Assembly (NCBI GenBank): GCA_964035575.1 | Contig: OZ037843.1 | Coordinates: 1-64,000, forward strand | Direction: 5' to 3' | DNA: 64,000 bases | Source of the DNA: Rhynchopus sp. YZ270_cl-10 | Taxonomy: Eukaryota | Part shown: piece by piece, positions 54,643 through 64,000 of the stretch | Numbering within the stretch: the stretch's first letter is position 1 | Layout: every line of letters begins with the position of its first letter | Position numbers and translations under genes: made by a program | The notes under the pieces: generated by a model | Told to the model about the DNA's origin: nothing | Databases searched by the model: none | The model's input: the letters and a program-made list of their open reading frames with translations, nothing else

Positions 54643-57600
54643 TCATGCCACCCGTTCCGCTGTCTTCTGCAGTTGCGAGTAGTGGTAGTGAGACGACGTC
54701 CCCTTGCCTGCTACCAGCCGCAGGACAAAAGTGTTGTTCGGCGTCACGATACTGTCGAGCGCTTCAAGCTCAGGGCCGCTGCTGTAGCCGTTGCAGATGC
54801 CGTTCAGAAGCTTCAGCGCGGTTGTTTCTAAGTTCGTTTCTCGTGTCTCGACCCCCAGCGTGTCGTCCACACCGCAATTCTCCAGCTTGCCCTCCTCACC
54901 TGCTGCACCCCCGTGGCGTCGTTCTTCCTCGAGCATCGCTGCCAACACACCGTCCGCCTCTCTGTCACTCAGGAGCAGCATGTGGCCTGTCGGAAACGTC
55001 AGCACTGCGTCAACCAACCGAAGCGTGCGCAACGCTGTCTCTTCGTTGTTCGCGCACACTGTGTTCTTCCAGTTCGACGTGGCACACAGCTTTGCTGACC
55101 CCCAGCGAAGGGTTGCTCCCGGAAATGCTGAGTCCCATATATCCTGAAGGGTGGACACAGTAACAACGTTCCACGGCAGCGTGGCGCAAAACGCCTGCCA
55201 GGAGGACGCTGTGGCAGCCAGGCGGTAGTCCCACACCTTCTCTGCTAGGGGCTTCATGCTCTCGCGCTCGACCTCCTGTTCGTTCTCCTGCTCCTGCTGT
55301 GCCTCCTTCTCCTTCTCGCATTCGCGGTCAGACACAGTTGACTTCACCTTCAGGCCTGACCCCAAGTCTTTGCAGCACCGCAGGATCACCTCACACTCCT
55401 TCCCGTATTCACCCACTTTGGTGTTCCGCAGCTGCTCCTGCACGAGTGGCTCCAAATCCGTCTCAACCAGAGGGTGGGTGTACTTGCTGAGGGGTTGCTG
55501 GTCGTCAGCCTGGATGGCACGAGGGTTGTTCTTACATTCGTAGTGGAACACGCCGTTGTCGGCCCACTGCGACAGGCCACGTTCCCTCTCCGCTCCTGTG
55601 TTCTCGATGACCCAGCCCAGCACCTCTTCGATCGACGGTGTGCTCTGAGATATCTGTCCCCTGACGTCCTCAGGACACAGCAACATGAGGCCCTGTTGCT
55701 GAGGTCCAAGCTGTCTCATGCGGCCTGCACCCTGCATCAGCATGTCCTTGCGGAGGTTGCGCCCAAGAGTGACAGCACCCACACAGTCTTGTGCAAGCTT
55801 CAGGTCGGATCCCCTGCAACGTGCGTTGTCGAAGATGGCGAAGAAAACGTCGTCGGTCAGTGCGCATTCGTGTCGGATGCTGACGAGGTTTGTGTCTGTG
55901 TACATCACCTTCCAGCCTTCCTCGCTGGCTTCGGTTTCGAAGTACATAACACCTCGTTTCCCTAGGAGTTTGAAGGACGCTTGCCGCAGCACAAAGGCAG
56001 CAGCTTCCTTCGGCGGCATTCCTGCCAACAGACTGCCTGTGTCAATCAGCGCTCCTGCCTTGCCCGTCACTGCAGCCAACAGAGCTGCTTCCCCTGTGCT
56101 CCTGCCCGCCACGTGCCCTATCATGTGCACGGTGCTGCGCATCAGGTGGCTCAGCATCAGTCCGTTGGTCGCCTTCAGCTCCTCCACATCGGGTTCCCGC
56201 TGTGTCACGTAGCTAGGTAGCAGTTGGTGGTTGTCGTTCGTGCCGGAGAAGCCGACGGAACGGCGGTCAGGAAGGTCCCAGGCAGACATGGACAGCTTCT
56301 CGGGATAGGCCACAACCTCTGACGGGAGCACGATCTGTGTCATCCAGAAGTTGATGACAGGCATGCTGTACTGGTATGTACTGTGCAGAAGAGCGTGCTG
56401 CTCGCGGTTGGTGGGGTCGAGCTTGCGCACGCAGTCGATGCTGGAGAAGTCAGACGGCTGCGACGCCACAGACGCAAACCAGCTTTTGTAGTAATAATTC
56501 TGCGCACCGTCGCTCAGTTCGAGCAGCTTGCCCACCGCCTCACCCACCTGCGTGGTGTTCAGCCCATCGTAGTAGTGCGCCAGCATCGTGTGCAGCACCA
56601 TCACGTCAGGGTGACTGAACTCAGAACGTTCTGTCGGCACGTCTGCCGCCTTGAACGGCACAGCAAGGTTGATCTTCCTCTTCTCATACGCGACACCGTA
56701 CTCCACTCTGTGCCGCTTTGTCAGACAATGCGCCAGCAACTCGTGCGCAAACAACCCACGGAGACACATCAGCTGCAGCCGTTGGTGCTCCAGCAGGGCG
56801 AAACGCATGTCAGCCCCCTTCGACCCATTCAGCACGCTGTCCTTAACCATCGCAAGCGCCTCTGCACTGTAGTCCTTTAACCAACGAAGGCACCACGGTG
56901 CACCGTGTTGCTTGATCTCCTCGCAGAGGAGGTCAAGCACCACACGGTTCAGCTGTGCTACGTTCGCATCGTGCGTGGACCGCCCATCCACCAGTCTGAA
57001 GCCTTGGAACCGGTCGATGCCTTCTCTCACCTCGATGACTGCTGCGATGTTGTCGAGCGTCTTCCCCCGCCTGTTCAGTGCTGTCAGCACGGCAGCTGCC
57101 ACTTCGTACCGTATGGCGCCGTCCACCAAGCTGTCGCCCTTGCCCACTGCGTACACAAGCTGGTATCTGTGATGGAGCAGCTCGTCGCTCTCGTCCAGGA
57201 TCAGTGTTCCTGTCTTGTCCATTGTCTGCAGATGTCTCAGAAGCTTCGCTTCTGCGGGTTTGTCGTGCATGGCCAGCTCGTGTCGTTTCAGACAGAGGCT
57301 GAGCTTGTACTCTGGCACTGAAAGCACCACACCCCCCGCACGTTGCGCTTCCCTCCACTCACCTTCAAGAGCTGGCACATCAAGTTCGATGTTTCGGTGG
57401 AACGGCAGCATGTACACCCGCAGGTTCCGTGTGCTTGCCGTCAGGGTGTTAGACAGGAACCCCTGTCCTTCCTTCAGCAGCGAACGTAGGAACACAATCT
57501 GCGGCAGGATCTTCTCAGCTTTTTTTGCATCCAGGCGGGTCAGCTCCAGCAGCAGCATCGGGAGGATGACTCGTGTCTTCCCCAGCCCCATGTTGAGCTG

Positions 57601-60600
57601 TGAGATCGAACCAGGGTGGTGCAGAAGGTGCTTAGCGAGGTCATATTGGTGTGGGCGGATCTGCAGCGAGCCTTCTGCCTCGAACACCAGCCAGTGCGGG
57701 TGCTCGTCTCCGTCCCAATCTCTCACGCACCGAAGCTCCTGCACTATCTTGGCGCGGGTGTTGTCGCCTTGCACCAGCCGCAGGATCCTTTCGAGTTTGT
57801 CCTCCAGCACGCACAACTCCAGCAGACGGCGTGCATCGTTTTGCAAGATGACACGCTGCTGGTATGTCAAAAACGGATTCAATTCGTGCGAAGGCGAGAA
57901 TTCCACAGTGCCCGCCAACAGAGCCATATCCCTGAAGGTGACGGTGGGCACTCCATTCACGCAGTGCAGCAACTCGAACGACGCTGAGTGCCTCTTCGCC
58001 TGCTCGGTGGTACAGTCCGTGATGCGCTCCTGCAGGCCTGCACGCTTGGCTGACACCTCCTCCTTCAGGGAGGTCACGTACCCACTCAGAAACTCCGGTG
58101 AGGGCACATCATAGCTTGCAGTGCGGTGGTGGCGCTCCCAACTGTCCTTCAGCTCAGCACACAATCCGGGGTAGTTTGGACACGTGAACGGAAAGGAGGG
58201 TGGGACGAAGCCGGGCTCCTGTTCCGTTGCCTTCAAAATCCTGCGCAGGCCCAACTCCACCTTCTTCACGTGCTCTTTGATGTCTCCCGGGTACTCTTCC
58301 AGTGTGCACTCGTGGTCGTTCCGGATTTTCAGGTCAACCGCTTTGCGGTCCATTGGGGATGAGTGCAGCTCCCACGTGGAGAGTGCATGCCGCCAGTTCC
58401 TCCCAGGTGCTCTGCCGTATTCAGTTCGTGCCTCCTGCAGTCGTGTCGTCGAGACACTACTCTCTGGCCTGTCCTTCTCCCACAGCTTGCACTGCCGGAA
58501 TGACGAGCGTAACAGGTCGTGGCAAATCAGAGTCAGCACCGGCACCTCTTCGCCAAAGTCCGCCACATTGTCCAGCAGCTGCATGTCCCCAGCACTCAAA
58601 GGCTCGTTCGACCAGCACTCCCGACACAGTTGCACTGCAAACTCCACCGCAGTCATCCCCATCCACTGCTCCACCACCAACGTCCCTGACGCCGCAAACA
58701 CAGCAGCAAGGTAGAGACGCATCGTTGTTGTTGCCGCCTTCAGTTGCCTGAACCGCACACACAAGTCGTACGCAAAGCATTTGAACGTGCTCGTGCTCGC
58801 CCCATCCATGGCAACCCATGCACCTTCTTCATCCTGCACAATCGTCCCGCACGGAATCAACACCCTAGTGCTGCCTGCCGTCCCCTCTAACACGAGGTAG
58901 TTTTGGAAAAAGAGGGGAACACACCCGTGCTGCTGCTCGCTGCTCAGTCGCATGTTGGGGTGCTGTTCGGAGCGCACGGTGTCTCCCTCCACCCACCACG
59001 ACAGCCGGAGGCGAGGAAGCCGCACCCACAGCACCTCATTCTTGTCCACAACTGCATGCATGTGAACGTGCTCCTCGACCCTCTCGAAGAGCGGGACCAA
59101 GGAGAGCGGCGCTGCCACGAATCTGCTGAGGTGGCCCTCAGAGAGCAGAGAGAGGATGTGCTTGTACGGCTGGTCCATCTCTGCAGCTGGCACCTCGTGG
59201 ACGACAGCGTGCTCCGGTGCTCCTGTCGCAGAGAGCGTGTACGTCATCAAGTACTGCACCCTCTTGTTGAGGTACGACTCCTCCCTGAACCACAGCGTCT
59301 GTCGTGTTGCGTCGTGCCAGTGGGTGTGCAGGTCGACGAGCATCTTCGGCAGGTTCGCCACACTCCACTCCGCCTCCTGCAAGTTCACAAGCTCTGATTT
59401 GCTGTCCTCTCCATCTTCCTCCCGAATCTCGAAGATCCGCACCCTGCCGGTGCGGCTGCAAATGCAGAAGTCGTAGTGGCAGTTTGTTTCGTCCCGCTTC
59501 AGTGTATTAAACGTGGCACCGGACGCGCTCTTGCTCACTTCGAAGTTCCGCGTCTCGCCAAAGCTCCTTTTGTACAAGGCACACTGCGTCACCTCGTCAG
59601 GCAGGCCGCAAGGAGGGTATCCGTTCAGCAGCACAGCCCCCTTTAGCAGGTTCACAGAGTAGTGGTTGTCCTCTGCTACGGCTTCAAAGCAGCACGTCGC
59701 CGTTCCTGTCGACGCGTCAAACAGGTTTTTCCAGCCGGCAACATGTTCCGGCATCCTGCCGAAGATCTTCCGCAGCCCTGGAGTGATCACTGTGTCAGGG
59801 TCCGCCTGTGCGTGAATCATCACATCGCTCAGCCTATGTGCTGCAACCCGTCGCACAGTCGCCAATGACTCCGGATGCTCCTCGTCCGACCTGGCGAGGC
59901 ACTGACGGAACCTGAAGAGCTCCTCCACAAGCAGAGCCGCGTCTGCAGCAGTCAGCTTCGGGACAAGAAAGCAGCGTATGGCGTACGCAGTCATCACAGC
60001 CTCCTTGTCCTTGTCGCCCACCTCCTGCACATCCTCAAACCCGCAAACCTCTCTCCACCTGGCTGCCACCCCCCTCCACAGAAACGGAAGCCTCTGACCG
60101 CGCGGATCCGAGGAGAACTGGCTGATGAAGCAAGACAGGTCTGCCAGCACTGGGAACCCCTTGTGATCCCGAGGGCACTCACGCACCTCCTCCGCGAGCT
60201 GTGCAAAGGCAGCGACAAGCTTTTCGACGAGAGGATCAGAAGTGCGGAACAGGTCTTCAGCTGCTTTGAAGGGATCACCGTCTTCCTTCCTCGCAAACCC
60301 CTCTGTGAAGGCACCGAGCTGGTGCGCAGAGTGGCGCAGCAGCTCAGCCACACTCGCCTCTGCAAACGGGAGGGAGCGCTCCGTCACAATCCTGAGGATC
60401 TTCCTCCACACCGAGGACGAGAAGGACCTCACACCTGCGAAGGCAAGGTACCCCTTCACTGTGAAGGCATGTGGCTTCAGGTGCATGGTGGCGTACCCTC
60501 TGTTCCCTGCAGTGTGCTCCTGCTCCGACGATGAGTCTTCAGGTGGGAGGAAAAAAGTCGCGAACTCCGGACGCAAACCCTTGACCTTGGCCTTGCTGTA

Positions 60601-62661
60601 GTACTCTACGGTGCTGCTCTGTAACACAGCGAAAGGGGTGTCCTGTGCCCACAGTGTCGACCCGACGTCTGGGTACCACGTTACCTGAGTAGCCGACCAG
60701 ATGTCCTCAATGTCAGAAGGGCCGTAAAAGGAAAAAGGCGCGTGAATTTCCGAGGTGGGGGTAAAATGGACATCTCTCTCGGCAGGCGATTTGAATGTTG
60801 AGCGCTTGTCGTAGTGGGTGGCCCAACTTCCGCGTGAATGCAATTGTCCCGTCGTTCCTGGGCTTCCCCTCGAAAGCATCCGCTGCGAGTTGAAGGAAAG
60901 GCACATCAGCACGTCAAGATCTTGGTCCATCAGGATGTAGAAGAGAACGGGATATGCGTGGCGTTCCCGTTCCGGCAGCGGGCACGCAATGTACTTCGGG
61001 GGCACCTTGGTGCTCTGTATAGTTTGCTCCAAATTCTGGATTCGTTTCTTTTGTGCTTTTCTTTGGGAGGAGGTGCTAGATTCAGTTGCCCTTTCGTCGT
61101 CCAGTTCTTGCCTCCAGTACACAAGCTGTTGCTTCTTCTCCTCCAGAGCCTTCATGTACTGTGCTTGCTTGGCAGCCACCTCGGCGCGCTCCGCCTTCCA
61201 TCTCTGCTGGATCTCTGCAGACCCTTTTGCATACTCCCACGCAAAATCCATCGTACCTTCAGCACTCGAGCCTTGCAGCGAGAAGACACGCCGTCCGGCC
61301 TCCGACGAGAATCGTTGCAAGTACTTCGCGAGTTGCTTCACCTGGGTGCGGGTTTCCTTCTTGTCCGTCGACACGTGGCTCAGTGAGGTGTATTCCATTG
61401 CAACTCCGTAACGCGCCAGTATGGGCCACCTCTGGACACACATGTGGTGCACGACTACGTACGCCGACACAACCACAACCATCTCGTGGCTGCGGGAAAT
61501 CAGCGACGCACCCTTGACAAGCGCCTGGTATCTTTTAACAATCTCTTTGATGCTGTTTGTATCGCACTGGAAAACCAACGCCCCACCGGCTGAGACTGTG
61601 GAGACGAGGCGTGCAAAGTACTTCTCCACACTGGCCACCGCCAGTTCAGGGAACGCCGCAGAGTTGTTATACATCCACCAGTTCAAATGTACCGCACTAC
61701 AGTCGTTCACAAGCGGCATCTGTCCTATCGCTTTCGCAGCTCTGGCTGCTACATCCTCATTCGCGACTGAATCGCTTGGCGGTGGGATGAGGGCAAGGCC
61801 AACATCAAGCACAGTGTGTGCCCCGATCTCCCCGAGTCTGCACTCTTCTGCACCCTCGTCCGCCTGTCGTTGCAGAAGAGCATCGAGGTCCCGTTTGCAT
61901 GCAGACAGAGGCTCCACGACATCGGCGTCAATGTCCTTGCGGTCCTCGGTGTACAGCAGTGCACGGCTCACTGCGCTCTCCATGATCCCGACGACTTCGT
62001 TGCACTCCCCTTGGCTGAGTGGGGTGAATGCAGCCTGGAGCCAGGTCTGCGCCATCCACACATCGAAGTCCAGCAACAACCTGTCGCTCAGACATTCCCC
62101 CAGCAACCGTGGCAAGATGCCACAAGATATCAGAACCCAAGGCCACGACGGCTGAGATGCTGCCGAAAAATCAGACTTGCAAACCTGGGGCACCGTTGTC
62201 GTCTCCGTTGCCGCCATCTTCCCTGCACACTCGATAAACTGCGGTGAGGCCTTGATGCCTTTCCACTCTTTCCTTAGCTGAGCGAGGGCAGCCTCAAACC
62301 TCTCGTCAAACTTTTGCATCTCAGCCTCGGCCACATCCCCGATCGCCACTGTTTGACACCCACACCAGTCACTGCCGTGCTCCAGACGACCTACACTAAC
62401 TACCTCCAGAGAGCAGACATCATCCACATCACTCCTACTGCACAACAGCACACACCCATGCTGGTCGTATTGTTGTTTGATGTTGATCGTCACCCCGTCT
62501 TCGCGCACATGGTTCTCCCCTACAAGCGTAGCCACAGCGCCTTTTGCACGATCGGAGTCCTCTCCTAGCGTTGCACACTGCGACACAAAACCCTTCAATA
62601 GACATGTCAACGAAGAGAACGACTCTTCCTTGTACACACGGCGTGTTGCGTTTGGATGCAT
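54643..62661 (-). CDS. Second copy of the 2672-aa DUF3638/DUF3645-like protein
   Basis: Same translation, offset 10,033 bp. Confidence 0.82.
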   Translation of the reverse strand: MHPNATRRVYKEESFSSLTCLLKGFVSQCATLGEDSDRAKGAVATLVGENHVREDGVTINIKQQYDQHGCVLLCSRSDVDDVCSLEVVSVGRLEHGSDWCGCQTVAIGDVAEAEMQKFDERFEAALAQLRKEWKGIKASPQFIECAGKMAATETTTVPQVCKSDFSAASQPSWPWVLISCGILPRLLGECLSDRLLLDFDVWMAQTWLQAAFTPLSQGECNEVVGIMESAVSRALLYTEDRKDIDADVVEPLSACKRDLDALLQRQADEGAEECRLGEIGAHTVLDVGLALIPPPSDSVANEDVAARAAKAIGQMPLVNDCSAVHLNWWMYNNSAAFPELAVASVEKYFARLVSTVSAGGALVFQCDTNSIKEIVKRYQALVKGASLISRSHEMVVVVSAYVVVHHMCVQRWPILARYGVAMEYTSLSHVSTDKKETRTQVKQLAKYLQRFSSEAGRRVFSLQGSSAEGTMDFAWEYAKGSAEIQQRWKAERAEVAAKQAQYMKALEEKKQQLVYWRQELDDERATESSTSSQRKAQKKRIQNLEQTIQSTKVPPKYIACPLPERERHAYPVLFYILMDQDLDVLMCLSFNSQRMLSRGSPGTTGQLHSRGSWATHYDKRSTFKSPAERDVHFTPTSEIHAPFSFYGPSDIEDIWSATQVTWYPDVGSTLWAQDTPFAVLQSSTVEYYSKAKVKGLRPEFATFFLPPEDSSSEQEHTAGNRGYATMHLKPHAFTVKGYLAFAGVRSFSSSVWRKILRIVTERSLPFAEASVAELLRHSAHQLGAFTEGFARKEDGDPFKAAEDLFRTSDPLVEKLVAAFAQLAEEVRECPRDHKGFPVLADLSCFISQFSSDPRGQRLPFLWRGVAARWREVCGFEDVQEVGDKDKEAVMTAYAIRCFLVPKLTAADAALLVEELFRFRQCLARSDEEHPESLATVRRVAAHRLSDVMIHAQADPDTVITPGLRKIFGRMPEHVAGWKNLFDASTGTATCCFEAVAEDNHYSVNLLKGAVLLNGYPPCGLPDEVTQCALYKRSFGETRNFEVSKSASGATFNTLKRDETNCHYDFCICSRTGRVRIFEIREEDGEDSKSELVNLQEAEWSVANLPKMLVDLHTHWHDATRQTLWFREESYLNKRVQYLMTYTLSATGAPEHAVVHEVPAAEMDQPYKHILSLLSEGHLSRFVAAPLSLVPLFERVEEHVHMHAVVDKNEVLWVRLPRLRLSWWVEGDTVRSEQHPNMRLSSEQQHGCVPLFFQNYLVLEGTAGSTRVLIPCGTIVQDEEGAWVAMDGASTSTFKCFAYDLCVRFRQLKAATTTMRLYLAAVFAASGTLVVEQWMGMTAVEFAVQLCRECWSNEPLSAGDMQLLDNVADFGEEVPVLTLICHDLLRSSFRQCKLWEKDRPESSVSTTRLQEARTEYGRAPGRNWRHALSTWELHSSPMDRKAVDLKIRNDHECTLEEYPGDIKEHVKKVELGLRRILKATEQEPGFVPPSFPFTCPNYPGLCAELKDSWERHHRTASYDVPSPEFLSGYVTSLKEEVSAKRAGLQERITDCTTEQAKRHSASFELLHCVNGVPTVTFRDMALLAGTVEFSPSHELNPFLTYQQRVILQNDARRLLELCVLEDKLERILRLVQGDNTRAKIVQELRCVRDWDGDEHPHWLVFEAEGSLQIRPHQYDLAKHLLHHPGSISQLNMGLGKTRVILPMLLLELTRLDAKKAEKILPQIVFLRSLLKEGQGFLSNTLTASTRNLRVYMLPFHRNIELDVPALEGEWREAQRAGGVVLSVPEYKLSLCLKRHELAMHDKPAEAKLLRHLQTMDKTGTLILDESDELLHHRYQLVYAVGKGDSLVDGAIRYEVAAAVLTALNRRGKTLDNIAAVIEVREGIDRFQGFRLVDGRSTHDANVAQLNRVVLDLLCEEIKQHGAPWCLRWLKDYSAEALAMVKDSVLNGSKGADMRFALLEHQRLQLMCLRGLFAHELLAHCLTKRHRVEYGVAYEKRKINLAVPFKAADVPTERSEFSHPDVMVLHTMLAHYYDGLNTTQVGEAVGKLLELSDGAQNYYYKSWFASVASQPSDFSSIDCVRKLDPTNREQHALLHSTYQYSMPVINFWMTQIVLPSEVVAYPEKLSMSAWDLPDRRSVGFSGTNDNHQLLPSYVTQREPDVEELKATNGLMLSHLMRSTVHMIGHVAGRSTGEAALLAAVTGKAGALIDTGSLLAGMPPKEAAAFVLRQASFKLLGKRGVMYFETEASEEGWKVMYTDTNLVSIRHECALTDDVFFAIFDNARCRGSDLKLAQDCVGAVTLGRNLRKDMLMQGAGRMRQLGPQQQGLMLLCPEDVRGQISQSTPSIEEVLGWVIENTGAERERGLSQWADNGVFHYECKNNPRAIQADDQQPLSKYTHPLVETDLEPLVQEQLRNTKVGEYGKECEVILRCCKDLGSGLKVKSTVSDRECEKEKEAQQEQENEQEVERESMKPLAEKVWDYRLAATASSWQAFCATLPWNVVTVSTLQDIWDSAFPGATLRWGSAKLCATSNWKNTVCANNEETALRTLRLVDAVLTFPTGHMLLLSDREADGVLAAMLEEERRHGGAAGEEGKLENCGVDDTLGVETRETNLETTALKLLNGICNGYSSGPELEALDSIVTPNNTFVLRLVAGKGTSSHYHYSQLQKTAERVA

Positions 62662-64000
62662 CTGGTAAGGTGGTGCGTATTTACGCCCTCAGGGGTGTGC
62701 TGATGAGAGGGTTTAAGTTTAAATTGTTTGTTTTCTTTTTTGTGATGTTCGCTGTGTGGTGGAAACTTTTTATTTTTTGTGTGGGGTGGGGTGGGAGGAT
62801 TGTACGGTCGAAGAGTTACGGAACTTCAGAACTTCGGGTGATTTAAAAGGAGGAGGCTTTTTTTGGGAATTACTGGTAGAGTGGCAGTATCTCGCTTTTT
62901 CACACGCTATGACTGCACCAAGTGTGGGTCACCTAACAAGTTAAAGGGGGGGTGGGATAATTGTAGTGGGGGATAACTGTAGAATGGCGGATAAAAATTG
63001 AAACCGCACCCTACTTTTCCTTTTTATGTTTTTCCCCTACCCCCGAAAACAATAAAGCAATAAAAACAATAAAGACAAAAGGGAGAGGTTGGTGAAACGC
63101 ACACACCTCGACCTGTCGGTGAAATGTGGCTCTACTCCAACCCGCCCCGGATTAGAAAAATGGAAAAAAGGATGGGAGTAGGGTACGATATTCAATTTCC
63201 TTTTAGCATTGCATGTAATCATAAAAAATATCGCCAGTTCTTCTCAAACAATGGGGGATAGTTGTAGTGGGGGATAAAAAAAAAAATATCTCTCTTTTTT
63301 CCCACCTGAATATCCCCATCCCCAAGGAAAATCCACACCAAAAACGCGGTGTGGGAAATGGGGGATAACTGTAGTGCCATTGTAGTGGGGGAAAAAATAA
63401 AATAAAACGGGGGGATAATTGTTTTATCCCCCCCCCCCTTTAATGCAAGGCACAAAAAAAAAAGGGAGTAAAACGAGTGAACAAGTCTGTGGTGGGTGTG
63501 GTACGGTGACAGATTTGGAGTGGGTCACGCCTGAACTGTGTGGATGCCTTGTGAGGGTAATTCTGTGCACCCTTTCGGTGCGGTATGCCACTTTATTCTC
63601 ACAATAGGCTCTATGCGCCTTTCCTTCCTACGCGGAACCCCCTACCCCCTACCTGTTGTGTTACATGGCGAGGTTCCACATGGCGGGACAGTCCCTTCCT
63701 TCCTCTTGCGGTACAGCCCTCACAGTCTGAAAAGAACCCAAGAAAGATCATGATGATGACGACAGCACAACGAGAAAAATAAAATCGATACCGCACTCCT
63801 ACTTCTCCCGCAAACAATAAAACATACATTCATATACATACTATTTATAACACAAACAGTAAGCACTAAAGGGAATAAAACAAATAAAAACGATAAAGAC
63901 AAAAGGGAGAGGTTGTGGTGCAACACACACACTGATGATGATGATAGCACAACGAGAAAAAAACGCTTCGTTTGTACTGAGAATACCGAATAAAAGAAAC

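Larger units (their letters stand above)
43740..64000. repeat. Tandem duplication, period 10,033 bp; a third unit starts near 63500
   Basis: ORF track offsets are a constant 10,033 (44610/54643; 53505/63538). The first spacer, 43740-44600, is a diverged variant. Confidence 0.92.

Overview
Eukaryotic, probably chromosome-terminal window. The host is likely a trans-splicing euglenozoan-type protist; this is an inference from intronless genes, polypyrimidine-AG acceptors and CRE-clade elements. Bases 1-5527 are a (GGGTTTGC)n telomere-like array. If base 1 is the chromosome end, its G-rich strand points inward, the reverse of canonical telomere polarity. Bases 5528-31279 are almost entirely non-LTR retroelements. 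Two are ~9.5-10.5 kb CRE-like RT/restriction-like-endonuclease elements (A, + strand; B, - strand) encoding an unusual polyprotein: signal-peptide-like start, Ser/Asn leader, hydrophobic segments, LxGG site, OTU-like protease, Zn fingers, RT, REL and further OTU-like domains. There are also ~1 kb non-autonomous partners. A, B and partner N1 start with an HDV-like ribozyme whose 5' P1 strand is tandemly reiterated; A and N1 are nested with clean 10-11 bp TSDs. At 31280-31349 a short tract of the same repeat, in the same polarity, joins a retroelement poly(A) to a truncated segmental duplication and looks like a fossil chromosome end. Proximal DNA holds two cathepsin B copies, a rearranged Cys/His Zn-finger gene family, two non-autonomous DNA transposons with empty sites in the window, and a 10,033-bp tandem repeat carrying a 2672-aa DUF3638/DUF3645-like protein. 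All family calls come from motifs read by eye; no database search was run.
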